Assembly: GCA_964549175.1 (NCBI GenBank)
Contig: CAZJUM010000001.1
Span: 1-42,965 of the forward strand
Origin: an uncultured Pseudomonadota bacterium
GTDB taxonomy: Bacteria; SAR324; XYD2-FULL-50-16
Direction: 5' to 3'
Length of the DNA: 42,965 nucleotides
The notes beneath the pieces are model-generated. The model was given only the letters and a program-made list of their open reading frames with translations, was not told the DNA's origin and ran no database searches. Below are positions 1-10,291 of this stretch, piece by piece. The position numbers and the translations under genes are program-made. Each line of letters begins with the position of its first letter. Positions within the stretch are counted from its first letter, which is position 1.

Positions 1-264
1 AGAAAGGGATATTGCTGCTTAACTTTTTTGAACACAACATTTGACTATATCTCGCGAAAAAATACCAAAGCGCGGGAAAAAAGGTTCAGGAAAAAGCTCG
101 GCCTATATTTGATTTTAGCTGGATCTCTTAGATAATATTATGAAATTACATTATAATTAGTAATCCAATGAAGAATTGTAGAGACATGGCTCAGATTTTT
201 TGTTAAAAATTGAAGCTATCGTTCGCCTACATGAAAACCATACATCGCGGCTCAAAACAGCAGT

Positions 265-1089
265 TTGTCAAAATCGAACCCAACCATGCGACTAATTCTA
301 TCTACTCTGGTGTTTCTTTTGATTGGCGCACCAGCTCAAGGGAAACTGCCTGAACCGGAGACATTACTATCAAAAATCCTGGAAAGCTACCAACATGTCT
401 ATCAGTTCAATTTAAAAATCAAAGTTCGCGTATATGATCCGGAAGCCTTTCATTTGCTGGAAGAAAGCATTGAGGGAAATGTACCGTATATTGTAAAAGA
501 CAAAACTTATACACAGAATCTGATATTCATGCGGGATGAGTATCAACTCATCGAAACCAAAGATCTTTCCGATAATTTACTCCATTTATACTTCAAGGAG
601 GGAGAACGGGTTGAAAGTGTTATTATTGATGAAAAACGCTCTTTTCACCCAGAAGATGTTGTTTTTCCGCATTCCATTTTTTTTACCAAGTTCACCTCGT
701 TGTTGAAATCCGGTTTGCTTAATTACGGAATACCCCCTTTGGAAGTGAAGTTGGTAAAACATGATTTTCGATATCTTTATCAATTGGGAACTGATGAGGA
801 AAACGTTAAAGTCGATCAAGACAATTTCCGAGTGTTGGAGGCCAATCGAATCATTAACATCCGGGGTAGGGACTATGGGATTAAAATATCCTTTCAAAAC
901 TGGGATCAACACAAAAAACGAATTCCTCGATTGACTCAATATTTCATCAATTCTCGATTATTCAAAGAGCTACGAATTACCGCAATCAATCACCGGGGCA
1001 ATAAAACCCGCGCTCGCAATTTTATCGACCGATACAAACGTTATTTATCATTACCGACATTTTCCACACAAATAGATTATGCTCGTTAG
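265..1089 (+). CDS. hypothetical secreted protein (N-terminal signal peptide; fold/function unknown)
   Basis: 274-aa ORF. TTG at 265, but ATG at 286 is the more likely start (MRLILSTLVFLLIGAPAQG looks like a cleavable signal peptide). No catalytic motif recognised. Confidence 0.55.
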   Translation: MSKSNPTMRLILSTLVFLLIGAPAQGKLPEPETLLSKILESYQHVYQFNLKIKVRVYDPEAFHLLEESIEGNVPYIVKDKTYTQNLIFMRDEYQLIETKDLSDNLLHLYFKEGERVESVIIDEKRSFHPEDVVFPHSIFFTKFTSLLKSGLLNYGIPPLEVKLVKHDFRYLYQLGTDEENVKVDQDNFRVLEANRIINIRGRDYGIKISFQNWDQHKKRIPRLTQYFINSRLFKELRITAINHRGNKTRARNFIDRYKRYLSLPTFSTQIDYAR

Positions 1090-1147
1090 CCATATGGTTT
1101 GGTCGAGCTATTAAGAGACCCCAGGGTATTAATCGTATGCAAATGTT

Positions 1148-2101
1148 ATGAATCAATTAATCAAAGGCGCGCTCACAATTCTGAGCATTTTATGGTTATC
1201 CATAGCAAGCTATGCTTTAGAAGACTTCGATTCTATCAAGATCATTGTAAACAACCAGGCAATAACCAATAATGAGATAGAAATAAAGGTTTTTCAAGAA
1301 CTTCAAAGGCAGAAAATTCCACCATCGGATGGTATCCAAATTGAGAAAATCAGGGAAGAAGTGATTGAAGATCTGATCGACGCCGCTGTTTTATTGTCAA
1401 GAGCGGAGGAACTATTCATCTCCATCTCAGATGATATGATTGATAATGAAATTGACTATTTTTTGAAGCAACGAAACCTAAGTCAGCTCGCATTTGAATC
1501 ATTGTTGGCCCAGCAGCAAATCACTTTATCCAGTTATCGAAAAAATCTGGAAAACCGACTTAAAAGAAGCCGCGTCATCGCAAGAGAGGTGAGATCCAAA
1601 ATCAGTATTCCTGAAGAACAGCTCAAAGCGATATATGACAATCAACAAGAAAACTTTATTGAGGTCCAAGCCAGGCATATTCTTAAAGTTGTTAAGGCCA
1701 ACGATTCAAAGGAGAAAGAAGAAAAAGCCAAACAACAGCTCATTTGGATTAAAAACCAAATTCAAAATGGTCAAACTTTTATTGAAATGGCTGATAAATA
1801 CTCAGATGATCCCTCCGTCGCCAATAATCATGGTGATTTAGGTTATTTCAAGCGAGAAGACATCATCAAAGAAGTATCCGACGTCGCTTTTTCACTAGCT
1901 GTGGGTGAAATAAGCGAACCGGTGCGTTCACCATTTGGCTACCATTTAATTGAAGTGATCGACAAAAAGAAAGAGCTGAAAAAACCATTTACTGAAATGC
2001 GGAATAAACTTTATCAACAAAAAATGCAGGAGATTTACCCAAAGCAACTGCAGGCTTATTTAAAAAAATTGCGAGAAAGAGCTTCCATAACTTTCAAATA
2101 G
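1148..2101 (+). CDS. SurA/PpiD-like periplasmic chaperone with one parvulin-type peptidyl-prolyl isomerase domain
   Basis: Signal peptide (LTILSILWLSIASYA), SurA_N-like helical region, then parvulin motifs (ARHILK..., DLGYF, SPFGYHLIEV). Confidence 0.8.
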   Translation: MNQLIKGALTILSILWLSIASYALEDFDSIKIIVNNQAITNNEIEIKVFQELQRQKIPPSDGIQIEKIREEVIEDLIDAAVLLSRAEELFISISDDMIDNEIDYFLKQRNLSQLAFESLLAQQQITLSSYRKNLENRLKRSRVIAREVRSKISIPEEQLKAIYDNQQENFIEVQARHILKVVKANDSKEKEEKAKQQLIWIKNQIQNGQTFIEMADKYSDDPSVANNHGDLGYFKREDIIKEVSDVAFSLAVGEISEPVRSPFGYHLIEVIDKKKELKKPFTEMRNKLYQQKMQEIYPKQLQAYLKKLRERASITFK

Positions 2102-2231
2102 TGAGGATCTCTCATGCCGTAGTAGCCAAACCGGCAACCATGACTGATATCGTTTATATCAATAGAGCACTTTAGAAATCCAATGTAACTCGAATAACCT
2201 GATATCTGGTTTCATAATTTCGTCTTGACAG

Positions 2232-4751
2232 ATGTTAAAAAGTATGTGGCGCATCGATTTGAACTTATTAAAATCACTCGGATACTCATTAATATTTAGC
2301 TTACTTCTCGGGCAGACTTTGCTTGCGCAGTCATTCCTCAGCAAGGTGGTGATCATTGAAGACTCTAGCACCGATGTCGTTAAAACAACGGAATTATCCT
2401 CAGAGCAAATTGAACAATCCGATGATGGCGCGATCCCAGTCGCCCCGGTTGTTAAGGGACAGCCTCCGGTGACTCCGGTTATCCATGTTGATGGTGATAC
2501 TACCTCAGATTCAAATGAGACATTGAATTCTCTATTTGAAACAATCCCATCGACTGAAGAAACCATCCCCGAAATAGCAAACTCCCCTACGCTAACCGAA
2601 AATACCGGCGGAGATGAACTCGCGACGGTTAACATTGACCAAACATCGGAGAGCGCAATCCCTTCTGATCGAAAAGAGTATCTTCCTTCCGCACAAGAGC
2701 CTAGCGTCGACGTCATCATTGAAGAAGAAGGCAATCTGATTGATTCCGTAATTGAATTTCCCGGGGAAAATATGGTTTTGGATACCGTCAATCCGGCAGA
2801 AGGGACAATGAGTGAACAAGTACCCCTCAATTCCATGCGGTATCTCAACCACAATCGATTATCCAAAATTGTGATTCTTATTGAAAACAAAGAATATGAT
2901 TTGGCACTTACCGGGCTTCAACAACTTCCTGAGGAATTGGATCAATCCATCGATAGAGAGCGTCAGTTTACTATCCGTGAATTAAAGCAGTACCTGCTAA
3001 TTCAAAGTAATTATTTACTCGGAAATTTTGAGCAAGTCGTCGAGTACTCACATATCTATTTCCAACAATATGGGAATGGTGACAACTATTATCGGACTTA
3101 TTACTATTTTGCCTCAGCATTGTCCCAACTTGAAAAACCCCCGGAATACACTTCACTTGTCACCGGAGCTTTTTTCCAAAAATTATCCATCAGAGAAAAG
3201 GCTCAATTAAGAGACATTTTGGTAAAAGACGCGATAGATAAGAATGAACCAATAACAGGTTTCATATATCTGGAGGAACCTGATGGCAGCCTCGCTCAAG
3301 GCAGCGAAAAATGGGTCGATTTGATTATAAATCAACTTGAAGACACCGACGATATTGATGAGTTAGTTGCCCAATACGAAGATTCAACACTAAGATCCCG
3401 TCTTTATTTAAAAAAGACTCGATTACTCGTTCGTGATGGTAAATACGAGGATGCACAGAGTTATTTAGATAATTTGCCGACCAGCGAATTTGAGGAATTA
3501 CGGGAATTTATAACCATCGCCTTAAACACCGAACCCTATAAAATTGGGGTATTGTTACCATTTTCCCATCGGGTGTTTTGGCGATACGCACAACAGGTTC
3601 GAGACGGACTCGAGCTCGCGCTCCAAGAGTTCACTACCGAAGAAAAACCTATTCAATTGGTTTTTAAGGATTCCACCATCCAATATGAAAAATCTAAATC
3701 GGCTTATGCCAGGCAACTCGCGACCCAACGGCAAATAAATACCAAAATAAGAGATTTGGTTGAGGGCGATAAAGTAATCGCTGTCGTTGGACCGCTAACC
3801 AAAGCGGCCTCAATTGCCGCGGGTCAATCTGCCAATAGCTATAAAATTCCCGTAATCTCCTTTTCTCAAACTGAAAATATCGGTAGCGATTTACCTTTTT
3901 TATTCCGTTTTCATCGCAAAAGAACACAGGAAGCCAAATCGATCGCGGACTACGCGATCGGATACTTAAACGCCAAACGTTTTGTGTTGTTTTACCAGGC
4001 TGACAAGAACGGAAAAAGTTTGGAAATCGTTAGTGCCTTTGAGTCAGTTGTGAAAAAAAATGGTGGCGAGATCGTTGGAGCTATCCGAATCCACTCAAAG
4101 CAAGTTGACTTTCAAGATGGGCTGAGAAGTGTTACAGGGGGTCTTCGAACCCTGTCAGATAAAGAAAAGAAGGAGCTCGAAAAATATCGAGAGCGCTTTC
4201 AGGCGGATCTGGATTTTGATGCCGTATTTATCGAAAGCAGCCCGGAGTCGTTGGACAATATTTCCTCTTTTTTGAATTTGTATGCTGCCAGCCACGCGTG
4301 GATCCTAACCGGCAGCAAAATAAATATCCGAAAGAACCAATTGTTAAAATACACTAGGAAGCTTCGATTTACCGATGCCTTCCCCATTGGCAATACAACA
4401 ACTTTGTTACAGCCATTTCAGGAGGCGCATTGGCGACAATACAACTTCCGAAAGAACTACTCCCCTCCTACCGCATATACAATCTTTGCCTATGAAGCTC
4501 TGGAAATACTGGCTAAGTTGCTGAATAACCCACGGCATCATAATCGGGAATCATTGAAAAACGCTATTGAGGGATTACGTGAATTCCCGGTTATGACCGG
4601 CAAAGTCAGTTATGCGGAAGGTAGCGACTTGATTAAAAATTTGAGGATATTTCAAATTAAACACCGAAATACAATCGATGTGTTTGATTCAGTGGTGAAT
4701 AAAAAAGTGGGAAGTCAAAGAAGCAGTAATTCAATGATCATGCTTCTTTGA
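2232..4751 (+). CDS. large secreted protein: acidic disordered linker, TPR-like helical region and type-1 periplasmic binding-protein domain (LpoA / LivK-like architecture)
   Basis: 839 aa. Signal peptide ending LLAQS. About 170 aa rich in D/E/S/T/P. Helical repeat region. C-terminal YKIGVLLPFS...VVGPLTK...IPVISFS pattern typical of Peripla_BP_6 / LpoA C-domains. Confidence 0.65.
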   Translation: MLKSMWRIDLNLLKSLGYSLIFSLLLGQTLLAQSFLSKVVIIEDSSTDVVKTTELSSEQIEQSDDGAIPVAPVVKGQPPVTPVIHVDGDTTSDSNETLNSLFETIPSTEETIPEIANSPTLTENTGGDELATVNIDQTSESAIPSDRKEYLPSAQEPSVDVIIEEEGNLIDSVIEFPGENMVLDTVNPAEGTMSEQVPLNSMRYLNHNRLSKIVILIENKEYDLALTGLQQLPEELDQSIDRERQFTIRELKQYLLIQSNYLLGNFEQVVEYSHIYFQQYGNGDNYYRTYYYFASALSQLEKPPEYTSLVTGAFFQKLSIREKAQLRDILVKDAIDKNEPITGFIYLEEPDGSLAQGSEKWVDLIINQLEDTDDIDELVAQYEDSTLRSRLYLKKTRLLVRDGKYEDAQSYLDNLPTSEFEELREFITIALNTEPYKIGVLLPFSHRVFWRYAQQVRDGLELALQEFTTEEKPIQLVFKDSTIQYEKSKSAYARQLATQRQINTKIRDLVEGDKVIAVVGPLTKAASIAAGQSANSYKIPVISFSQTENIGSDLPFLFRFHRKRTQEAKSIADYAIGYLNAKRFVLFYQADKNGKSLEIVSAFESVVKKNGGEIVGAIRIHSKQVDFQDGLRSVTGGLRTLSDKEKKELEKYRERFQADLDFDAVFIESSPESLDNISSFLNLYAASHAWILTGSKINIRKNQLLKYTRKLRFTDAFPIGNTTTLLQPFQEAHWRQYNFRKNYSPPTAYTIFAYEALEILAKLLNNPRHHNRESLKNAIEGLREFPVMTGKVSYAEGSDLIKNLRIFQIKHRNTIDVFDSVVNKKVGSQRSSNSMIMLL

Positions 4752-4762
4752 AAATCAGGGTG

Positions 4763-5698
4763 TTACTTATTGCGTTTGAAGACTTTCAGGTGTTTGTACA
4801 CAGGTGAATCCGCGTTGATCACAAGTTTCGTATTAGGTCCCATTAAACTCTTATAGTTTTTCAGTGTCATGAAAAACTCGTAAAATTCGGGGTCCTTATT
4901 GTACGCCATACCGGAAATTTTGGTTGCTTCCGCATCGGCATCTCCACGAGTTTTTTCAGCTTTTCGAAAAGCACTTGATTCAATATCCTTCAACTTTTTC
5001 TCCATATCACCAAGAATTTCCGCTTTTTCAGCCTCACCTTCCGAGCGGATTCTCGAAGCAATCCTATTCCGCTCGGATATCATCCTGGCATACACTTTAT
5101 TACGAACCTGGGTGGTATAATTGATTCGCTTCACCATCACATCCAGTAATTTGATACCATAGTTTTTTTCCCTGGTTACCGCGGCGACGTCTTTCAATAC
5201 CAAATTGGAAAAGCGGTCCCGTCCGACTTTGATTACTTCCGTCTCCAAGGAAGTGACCTCTTCCGTCATGGTATATTTGACATCCCAATCCGAACTCCGA
5301 ATAATCTCTACCAAATCATTTTTGGTGACTAAGTCACGAACCGAACCATTAATCAAATCGTTAAGCAGAAGAGTCGCATTTCGTTCATTACCCATTCTTT
5401 GCAAGAAATGCAGGGGATTGATAATCTGCCAGCGAGCTGTGGTGTCAATCCAAATATACTTTTTATCCTTGGTCGGAATCTCATTGGGGTCACCATCCCA
5501 TTTTAAAATTCGTTTTTCAAACATATGAACCTTTTGTACCATCGGAATTTTAAAGTACAATCCCGCGTTGGTAAACGTGCCGCGAATCGGTTCCCCGAAT
5601 TGCGTAATAATGGCTTGCTTGCCTTCTTCGACAATAAAAATGGAATTATATCCGACAAAGGCAGCAATGATTATCAATAGGGCTACAATTGTTTTCAT
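4763..5698 (-). CDS. hflC: protease modulator HflC (SPFH/band-7 family)
   Basis: 311 aa, single N-terminal TM, SPFH domain, directly downstream of hflK in the canonical hflK-hflC order. Confidence 0.85.
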   Translation of the reverse strand: MKTIVALLIIIAAFVGYNSIFIVEEGKQAIITQFGEPIRGTFTNAGLYFKIPMVQKVHMFEKRILKWDGDPNEIPTKDKKYIWIDTTARWQIINPLHFLQRMGNERNATLLLNDLINGSVRDLVTKNDLVEIIRSSDWDVKYTMTEEVTSLETEVIKVGRDRFSNLVLKDVAAVTREKNYGIKLLDVMVKRINYTTQVRNKVYARMISERNRIASRIRSEGEAEKAEILGDMEKKLKDIESSAFRKAEKTRGDADAEATKISGMAYNKDPEFYEFFMTLKNYKSLMGPNTKLVINADSPVYKHLKVFKRNK

Positions 5699-5722
5699 TT
5701 GTTTCTCCTTGATTAGCCTTCG

Positions 5723-6811
5723 TTATTTAGTTTTGACGATGCCACTTGCCGCGGATAACTCCCCGCCAACCGGTAATATTGCTAGTGCACCCTGATCCAA
5801 AATTGTTACTTCTTTAACATCGGGAAGCACTTTTTTCAGAGTCTCAATATACATCCGTGTACGAGTCACCGCTTTAAATTTTTTATACTCTTCGTAAATC
5901 GCGTTAAATCGAGCCACATTACCCTTAGCATTATTGATCCTTTCAATCGCATAACCTTTTGCCTCTTCCAGCATTTTTTTGGCTGAACCCTCAGCTTTGG
6001 GGATCCTTTTATTTCTTTCCTGCTGCGCCTCATTACCCAAGCGCACTTTATCCTGTTCCGCTTCATTGACTTCATTAAATGAAGGCTTTACAGGATCAGG
6101 AGGATTTAAATCCTGTAACTGAACCGTCAATAAGCGAACGCCGGATTCGTATCGATCCAGATGACTTTGCATTTCCGTCAAAGTGATTCGAGCCAATTCA
6201 TTACGATTGTTTAGGACGAAGTTAAAATCTCTGTTTCCCACCAGCCGTCGAATGACCGATTCAGATATATCGCGGACAACCGCGCGAGGATTTTTCACGT
6301 TGAATAAGTAATCTTCCGGGGTGGCAATGCGATATTGCACCACCCAATTCAACTGAATGACGTTGTTGTCAGATGTGATCATCAACGACTCCAGGTCCGT
6401 TGAGTTAGAAGCTTGGGAGTAGTTACTGGAAATATTATGGCGGAATCCGAATTCTTCTTTCTGAACGGATTCTACATCCATTTTTTTGACCTTTTCAATA
6501 AACGGAATCAAAAAGTTAAGGCCGGGATCCGTTGTTTTGTGATACTTCCCAAACCTTAATACAACACCACGCTCTCCGGGATTTACTTGATAAAAAGACT
6601 GAAAACCCACAAAAAGTGCGAGAACGACAACGATAATCACTCCGAGATTAAACTTCTTCGGTGATCGCGAGCCATCTTTTTGACCACCATTTCCCGGAGG
6701 GGTCTTGTCTGGTTTTGGTCCAAACAGTTTTTTAAAACCTTGCTGAATCATTTCTTCCAATTCAGTTGGTTTCTTTCCACGGTTATCCCATGGATTCATG
6801 TTATCAGACAT
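5723..6811 (-). CDS. hflK: protease modulator HflK (SPFH/band-7 family)
   Basis: 362 aa. N-terminal NPWDNRGKKP...GPKPDK low-complexity tail, TM segment, SPFH domain, coiled-coil C-terminus. Paired with hflC. Confidence 0.85.
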   Translation of the reverse strand: MSDNMNPWDNRGKKPTELEEMIQQGFKKLFGPKPDKTPPGNGGQKDGSRSPKKFNLGVIIVVVLALFVGFQSFYQVNPGERGVVLRFGKYHKTTDPGLNFLIPFIEKVKKMDVESVQKEEFGFRHNISSNYSQASNSTDLESLMITSDNNVIQLNWVVQYRIATPEDYLFNVKNPRAVVRDISESVIRRLVGNRDFNFVLNNRNELARITLTEMQSHLDRYESGVRLLTVQLQDLNPPDPVKPSFNEVNEAEQDKVRLGNEAQQERNKRIPKAEGSAKKMLEEAKGYAIERINNAKGNVARFNAIYEEYKKFKAVTRTRMYIETLKKVLPDVKEVTILDQGALAILPVGGELSAASGIVKTK

Positions 6812-7214
6812 TTATTTTCTCCATAATTCCTGATTGATTATATCGGATCGAGGATTGATAAAAATTAGAGGGCGGTTTCATCTTATCTACAGGGTCCCTC
6901 TGGTAGATTACCGACCACTACTCCTCAAAAAAATGGTGATCCGCGCCTTGATGATTTACCCTGAAGTTCGGACTATTCGGCAATTGAAATGGCGTTACCG
7001 TTAGAATATCAACAGCGATGATATTCAATCATAAAATGATCCGACAAACTAAGTTGGATCAATAAATCACTTCAAGCCTTAAGTTATTATATCTCAATAA
7101 ATAAGCAAGTAGAATATGTTCAATTTAAACTATATCAATCAATGGTTTTTCTAAAAACCAAGTATTTTCCCAAGTTTTCCACTCAATGAACCGCACCACA
7201 GCGGTTTATTGACT

Positions 7215-8246
7215 CTAAAATGATCGATAATTCTTATGCCATCTTTTTTGGAATCGTCTGACCGCATTTACATGTGAGCGATAACTCGCGGAAAACTTGT
7301 GCTTTCCGTTGCCCATCGCGACGAAGTACAATAACTTCGTATTCGCGGGATTAACAGCCGCCATTAACGATTCACGGCCTGGATTGGCAATCGGCGTCGG
7401 AGGAAGTCCTTTATTCAAGTAAGTATTGTATGGCGACGGTGTTCGAAGCTGCTTACGCGTTAAGTTGCCATTGAAACCCTTGATACCGTAGATAACAGTT
7501 GGGTCGGCCTGTAGTCGCATTTTTTTTTTCAATCGATTGTGAAGTACAGAGGAGATTATTCGCCGTTCACTACTGATACCTGTTTCTTTTTCAATAATAG
7601 AGGCCAGAACAATCGCTTCGTAAAACGACAATCCCAGTTTTTGAGCCTGTGACTCGTAATCTTTCGGTAGTCGTTTAAAAAATGTGTTAACCATTATCTT
7701 GATGATGCTTGCTTCCGTCGCATCATTTGAGAACTTGTAAGTATCGGGGTACAAAAAGCCTTCAAGATAAGTAATTCCATGGGGTAGTTCGAGCGATCGC
7801 ACATATGCCTGATCTTGAATAATCTGATTGTATTGACTATTATTTTGATAACCGGTTCTACTCAACAAGTCGAATATTTCAGTCATCGTTAATCCTTCCG
7901 GTATCGTAACCGATAACATGATCGGATTACCCTTTTTCAGCAAGCGGATTAGATCAACCACTGACTTATTTCTGTCAATGCGATATCTACCAGTTTTATA
8001 TCGTTTGCTGTTACCGGAAATAATGGACGACCACTTAAAAACTAATTTTGACCCGATAACATCAGCTCGTTTTAGTCGATTACTGATCCTATTAAGACTG
8101 TCACCTTTTTTAATCTCCACCAATACAGGTTGAGGGGCTGATATCTCATGCGGAGATAAAAGCAGAACCACAATAGCGATTCCGGCAATCGCTAAAATAG
8201 CAACTAGAGCGCTGGTAACCAGATATATTTTTCCGATATGTTTCAA
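7215..8246 (-). CDS. mltG: endolytic murein transglycosylase MltG (YceG family)
   Basis: 343 aa, N-terminal TM. YceG motifs LASIIEKE, LQADPTVIYG, SPYNTYLNKGLPPTPIANPG. Confidence 0.85.
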   Translation of the reverse strand: MKHIGKIYLVTSALVAILAIAGIAIVVLLLSPHEISAPQPVLVEIKKGDSLNRISNRLKRADVIGSKLVFKWSSIISGNSKRYKTGRYRIDRNKSVVDLIRLLKKGNPIMLSVTIPEGLTMTEIFDLLSRTGYQNNSQYNQIIQDQAYVRSLELPHGITYLEGFLYPDTYKFSNDATEASIIKIMVNTFFKRLPKDYESQAQKLGLSFYEAIVLASIIEKETGISSERRIISSVLHNRLKKKMRLQADPTVIYGIKGFNGNLTRKQLRTPSPYNTYLNKGLPPTPIANPGRESLMAAVNPANTKLLYFVAMGNGKHKFSASYRSHVNAVRRFQKRWHKNYRSF

Positions 8247-9115
8247 ATCTTTTGTACCTCCGGTGATTTTAATAACCCTTTAATCTTAATCTTTATTTGC
8301 CCATTGGAATGGGAATACAATTGGATTAATTGTTTTAGTGAATAACTTAAATGGTTTTTGTATTCTTTTTCCATATGACCGGAAAAGTTCATATCAAGCC
8401 TTGAACGTTCCGGCTGTTTTTGATCCAGTTGAATGCTTCCTTCTAACCTGCCAGCGATATTTCCGCTCATCTCAAGCTTCACAGACAAACGTTCCTTTTT
8501 AAGTTGGGCAGAGCTGGTAATGCGTTTGAATGTGGTATTTGGAAGTTCAATCCCTAATTTTATATCCTTATTTTTGCCAGACAGCACTAATTCATCCAAT
8601 TGAAAATTGGCCTGTCCTTCTAATTCTCGGGATAGTGATATTGTGCCAGAACCCGTCAATATCGGGTTTGATTGAATAATATTCGTTTTCCTTAAAGTTT
8701 TATGATAATTGGGTTGAATTTCCGATAACTTAAAATCCGTTCTCAACGGGAAAAATTTCACCACACCGTCAACTTTTCCGTAGTAAAGTTTGACGGAAAA
8801 CGGGATCCCCAGGTTTAGAAGCATCCGAAACACATTGAAGCTGACATCAAGCTCGTTGATTCTAATAATTTCCTCATTGTTTTTTTTATCGAAGATATCA
8901 ACTTGGGTAATCAGCATACCACCCATCGTGGGGGTTACAGCTTGAACTTTTGCGTTTATGGTTTTGGGAAGGAGCTGCCGCAATTGTAGCTCGGCCCAAG
9001 GTGTTATGCGCTGTGGGGATAAATTCATCCAAACAGATGTGGCAAACAAAAATCCTAAACCGCAAAAAACACCTAAATGTATAAATATTCGCTTTATCAC
9101 TACCTGATTACTCAC
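8243..9115 (-). CDS. gspN: GspN-like type II secretion protein (variant GspN), tentative
   Basis: 290 aa, single N-terminal TM, beta-rich periplasmic part. Overlaps the upstream GspM-like gene by 8 nt and mltG by 4 nt. Assignment rests on size, topology and position after gspM. Confidence 0.4.
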   Translation of the reverse strand: MSNQVVIKRIFIHLGVFCGLGFLFATSVWMNLSPQRITPWAELQLRQLLPKTINAKVQAVTPTMGGMLITQVDIFDKKNNEEIIRINELDVSFNVFRMLLNLGIPFSVKLYYGKVDGVVKFFPLRTDFKLSEIQPNYHKTLRKTNIIQSNPILTGSGTISLSRELEGQANFQLDELVLSGKNKDIKLGIELPNTTFKRITSSAQLKKERLSVKLEMSGNIAGRLEGSIQLDQKQPERSRLDMNFSGHMEKEYKNHLSYSLKQLIQLYSHSNGQIKIKIKGLLKSPEVQKI

Positions 9116-9602
9116 TTGATAAGGCCAACGAGAGGCGAAATAATTTTGGATTTTGGTAGGATGGATTGAGATCCATCGTGTTGATCAAAATCACCGGTTG
9201 ACTATGCTCTATGCGATAAATCAACAATGATAACTCGGTTAAGTTGATTTTTTGTAAAGACAAGTTCAGTTTTTGATCTGGGCTGGCACGATCATCAACA
9301 CTTAATTTCGACCCAGAGACCAATTTCGTCTGCTTTAAAATTCGATCAACTCGTTTATTCAGCTCACTCGTCTTCCTTTTATTCAATTGATTATAATACT
9401 GCAGCTCCTGACCAAGGGAACTCACTACACCAATTTTCTTTTCCAGTTCAACGATGCGTTCCGCATTTTGTTTTTGGTAGTCTTGCAGAGGAATTAACAC
9501 CAAACGGACTAGCAGAATGGGGATAAATACCACCACTACCATAAGTAGCAGAGCCTTTTCTCGTTGGCTAAGTTCAATATATTGGTTAATTAATTTAATC
9601 AC
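9108..9602 (-). CDS. gspM: GspM-like type II secretion inner-membrane protein, tentative
   Basis: 164 aa, GTG start. LSQREKALLLMVVVVFIPILL TM followed by a coiled coil and a small alpha/beta domain, the GspM/PilO architecture. Confidence 0.5.
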   Translation of the reverse strand: MIKLINQYIELSQREKALLLMVVVVFIPILLVRLVLIPLQDYQKQNAERIVELEKKIGVVSSLGQELQYYNQLNKRKTSELNKRVDRILKQTKLVSGSKLSVDDRASPDQKLNLSLQKINLTELSLLIYRIEHSQPVILINTMDLNPSYQNPKLFRLSLALSSE

Positions 9603-9862
9603 GTTTGTTTATTATTGTGCGAATATAGTTTACTGACGCCGTATGCATGAATGTTAGGCCGTCTTTTTCGGATCGTCTATTGCCTTTTTATGCTGGTAGT
9701 TTATCGAAGGTCTAACGAACATAAAAGAAATTTTTCCCATTCTGTTAACTAACATCCTATATCCGTGGCTTTCCGGGCGATAAACCGATCGTCGCTTGAA
9801 TTTCACCCTATGTTCTGACAGATTCTTTCTAACTTCCGCTTGATTTTGTATTCAAAATTACC

Positions 9863-10090
9863 TGATTATCTACTATTAACATCCTAAATTTGCCAATAAT
9901 GCCTGTCATCCCCGCGGATGCGGGATCTGGTTGATTTTGTCCACTTTTCAGCCATTTTGTTTCTGTCATCCCCGCGGATGCGGGGATCCGGAAAACTATT
10001 TGGTTTCTTAGACTTTTTTGTTAGATTCCCACTTTCGTGGGAATGACAGGGGGTGATCAAAGAAAAAGAGCTACGAATTGTACATAATCA
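9863..10090 (-). mobile_element. MITE-like palindromic repeat element, full-length copy A (reverse orientation)
   Basis: 228 bp. Ends TGATTATCT / ACATAATCA (imperfect terminal inverted repeat). Three hairpin modules (two GTCATCCCCGCGGATGCGGG units and ATTCCCACTTTCGTGGGAATGAC). Collinear with copies at 11901 and 23551. Confidence 0.8.
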
Positions 10091-10291
10091 AACAAAATTA
10101 TATATCGGACGGAGTATTGAGAACGTCAAATCTAGCCGTATAAATATATCCGCTTCAATTAAACCACTATAATAACGAATATACAGAAAAACCGCGAACC
10201 GACAAATTTATGGAAACCGCTAGAATCGATAATAAAACCAGGGTATATAAGAAATAGGAAACCACTCGATATGATCTTTCTTTCCTGCCTT

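Noticed and set aside
6812-7214. 400-bp gap between hflK and mltG, examined for an sRNA or tRNA (hairpins AGAGGG..CCCTCT at ~6870-6910 and AACCGC-accaca-GCGGTT at ~7190-7208)
   Set aside because: No tRNA, tmRNA, RNase P, SRP or 6S signatures recognised. The hairpins have long loops or lack U-tails. Insufficient evidence for a feature call.
9900-10060. Short palindromic repeats that could suggest a CRISPR array
   Set aside because: There are only 2-3 units per locus. Spacing is irregular, units occur in both orientations, and the flanks are shared between loci. No cas genes. Better explained as MITE modules.
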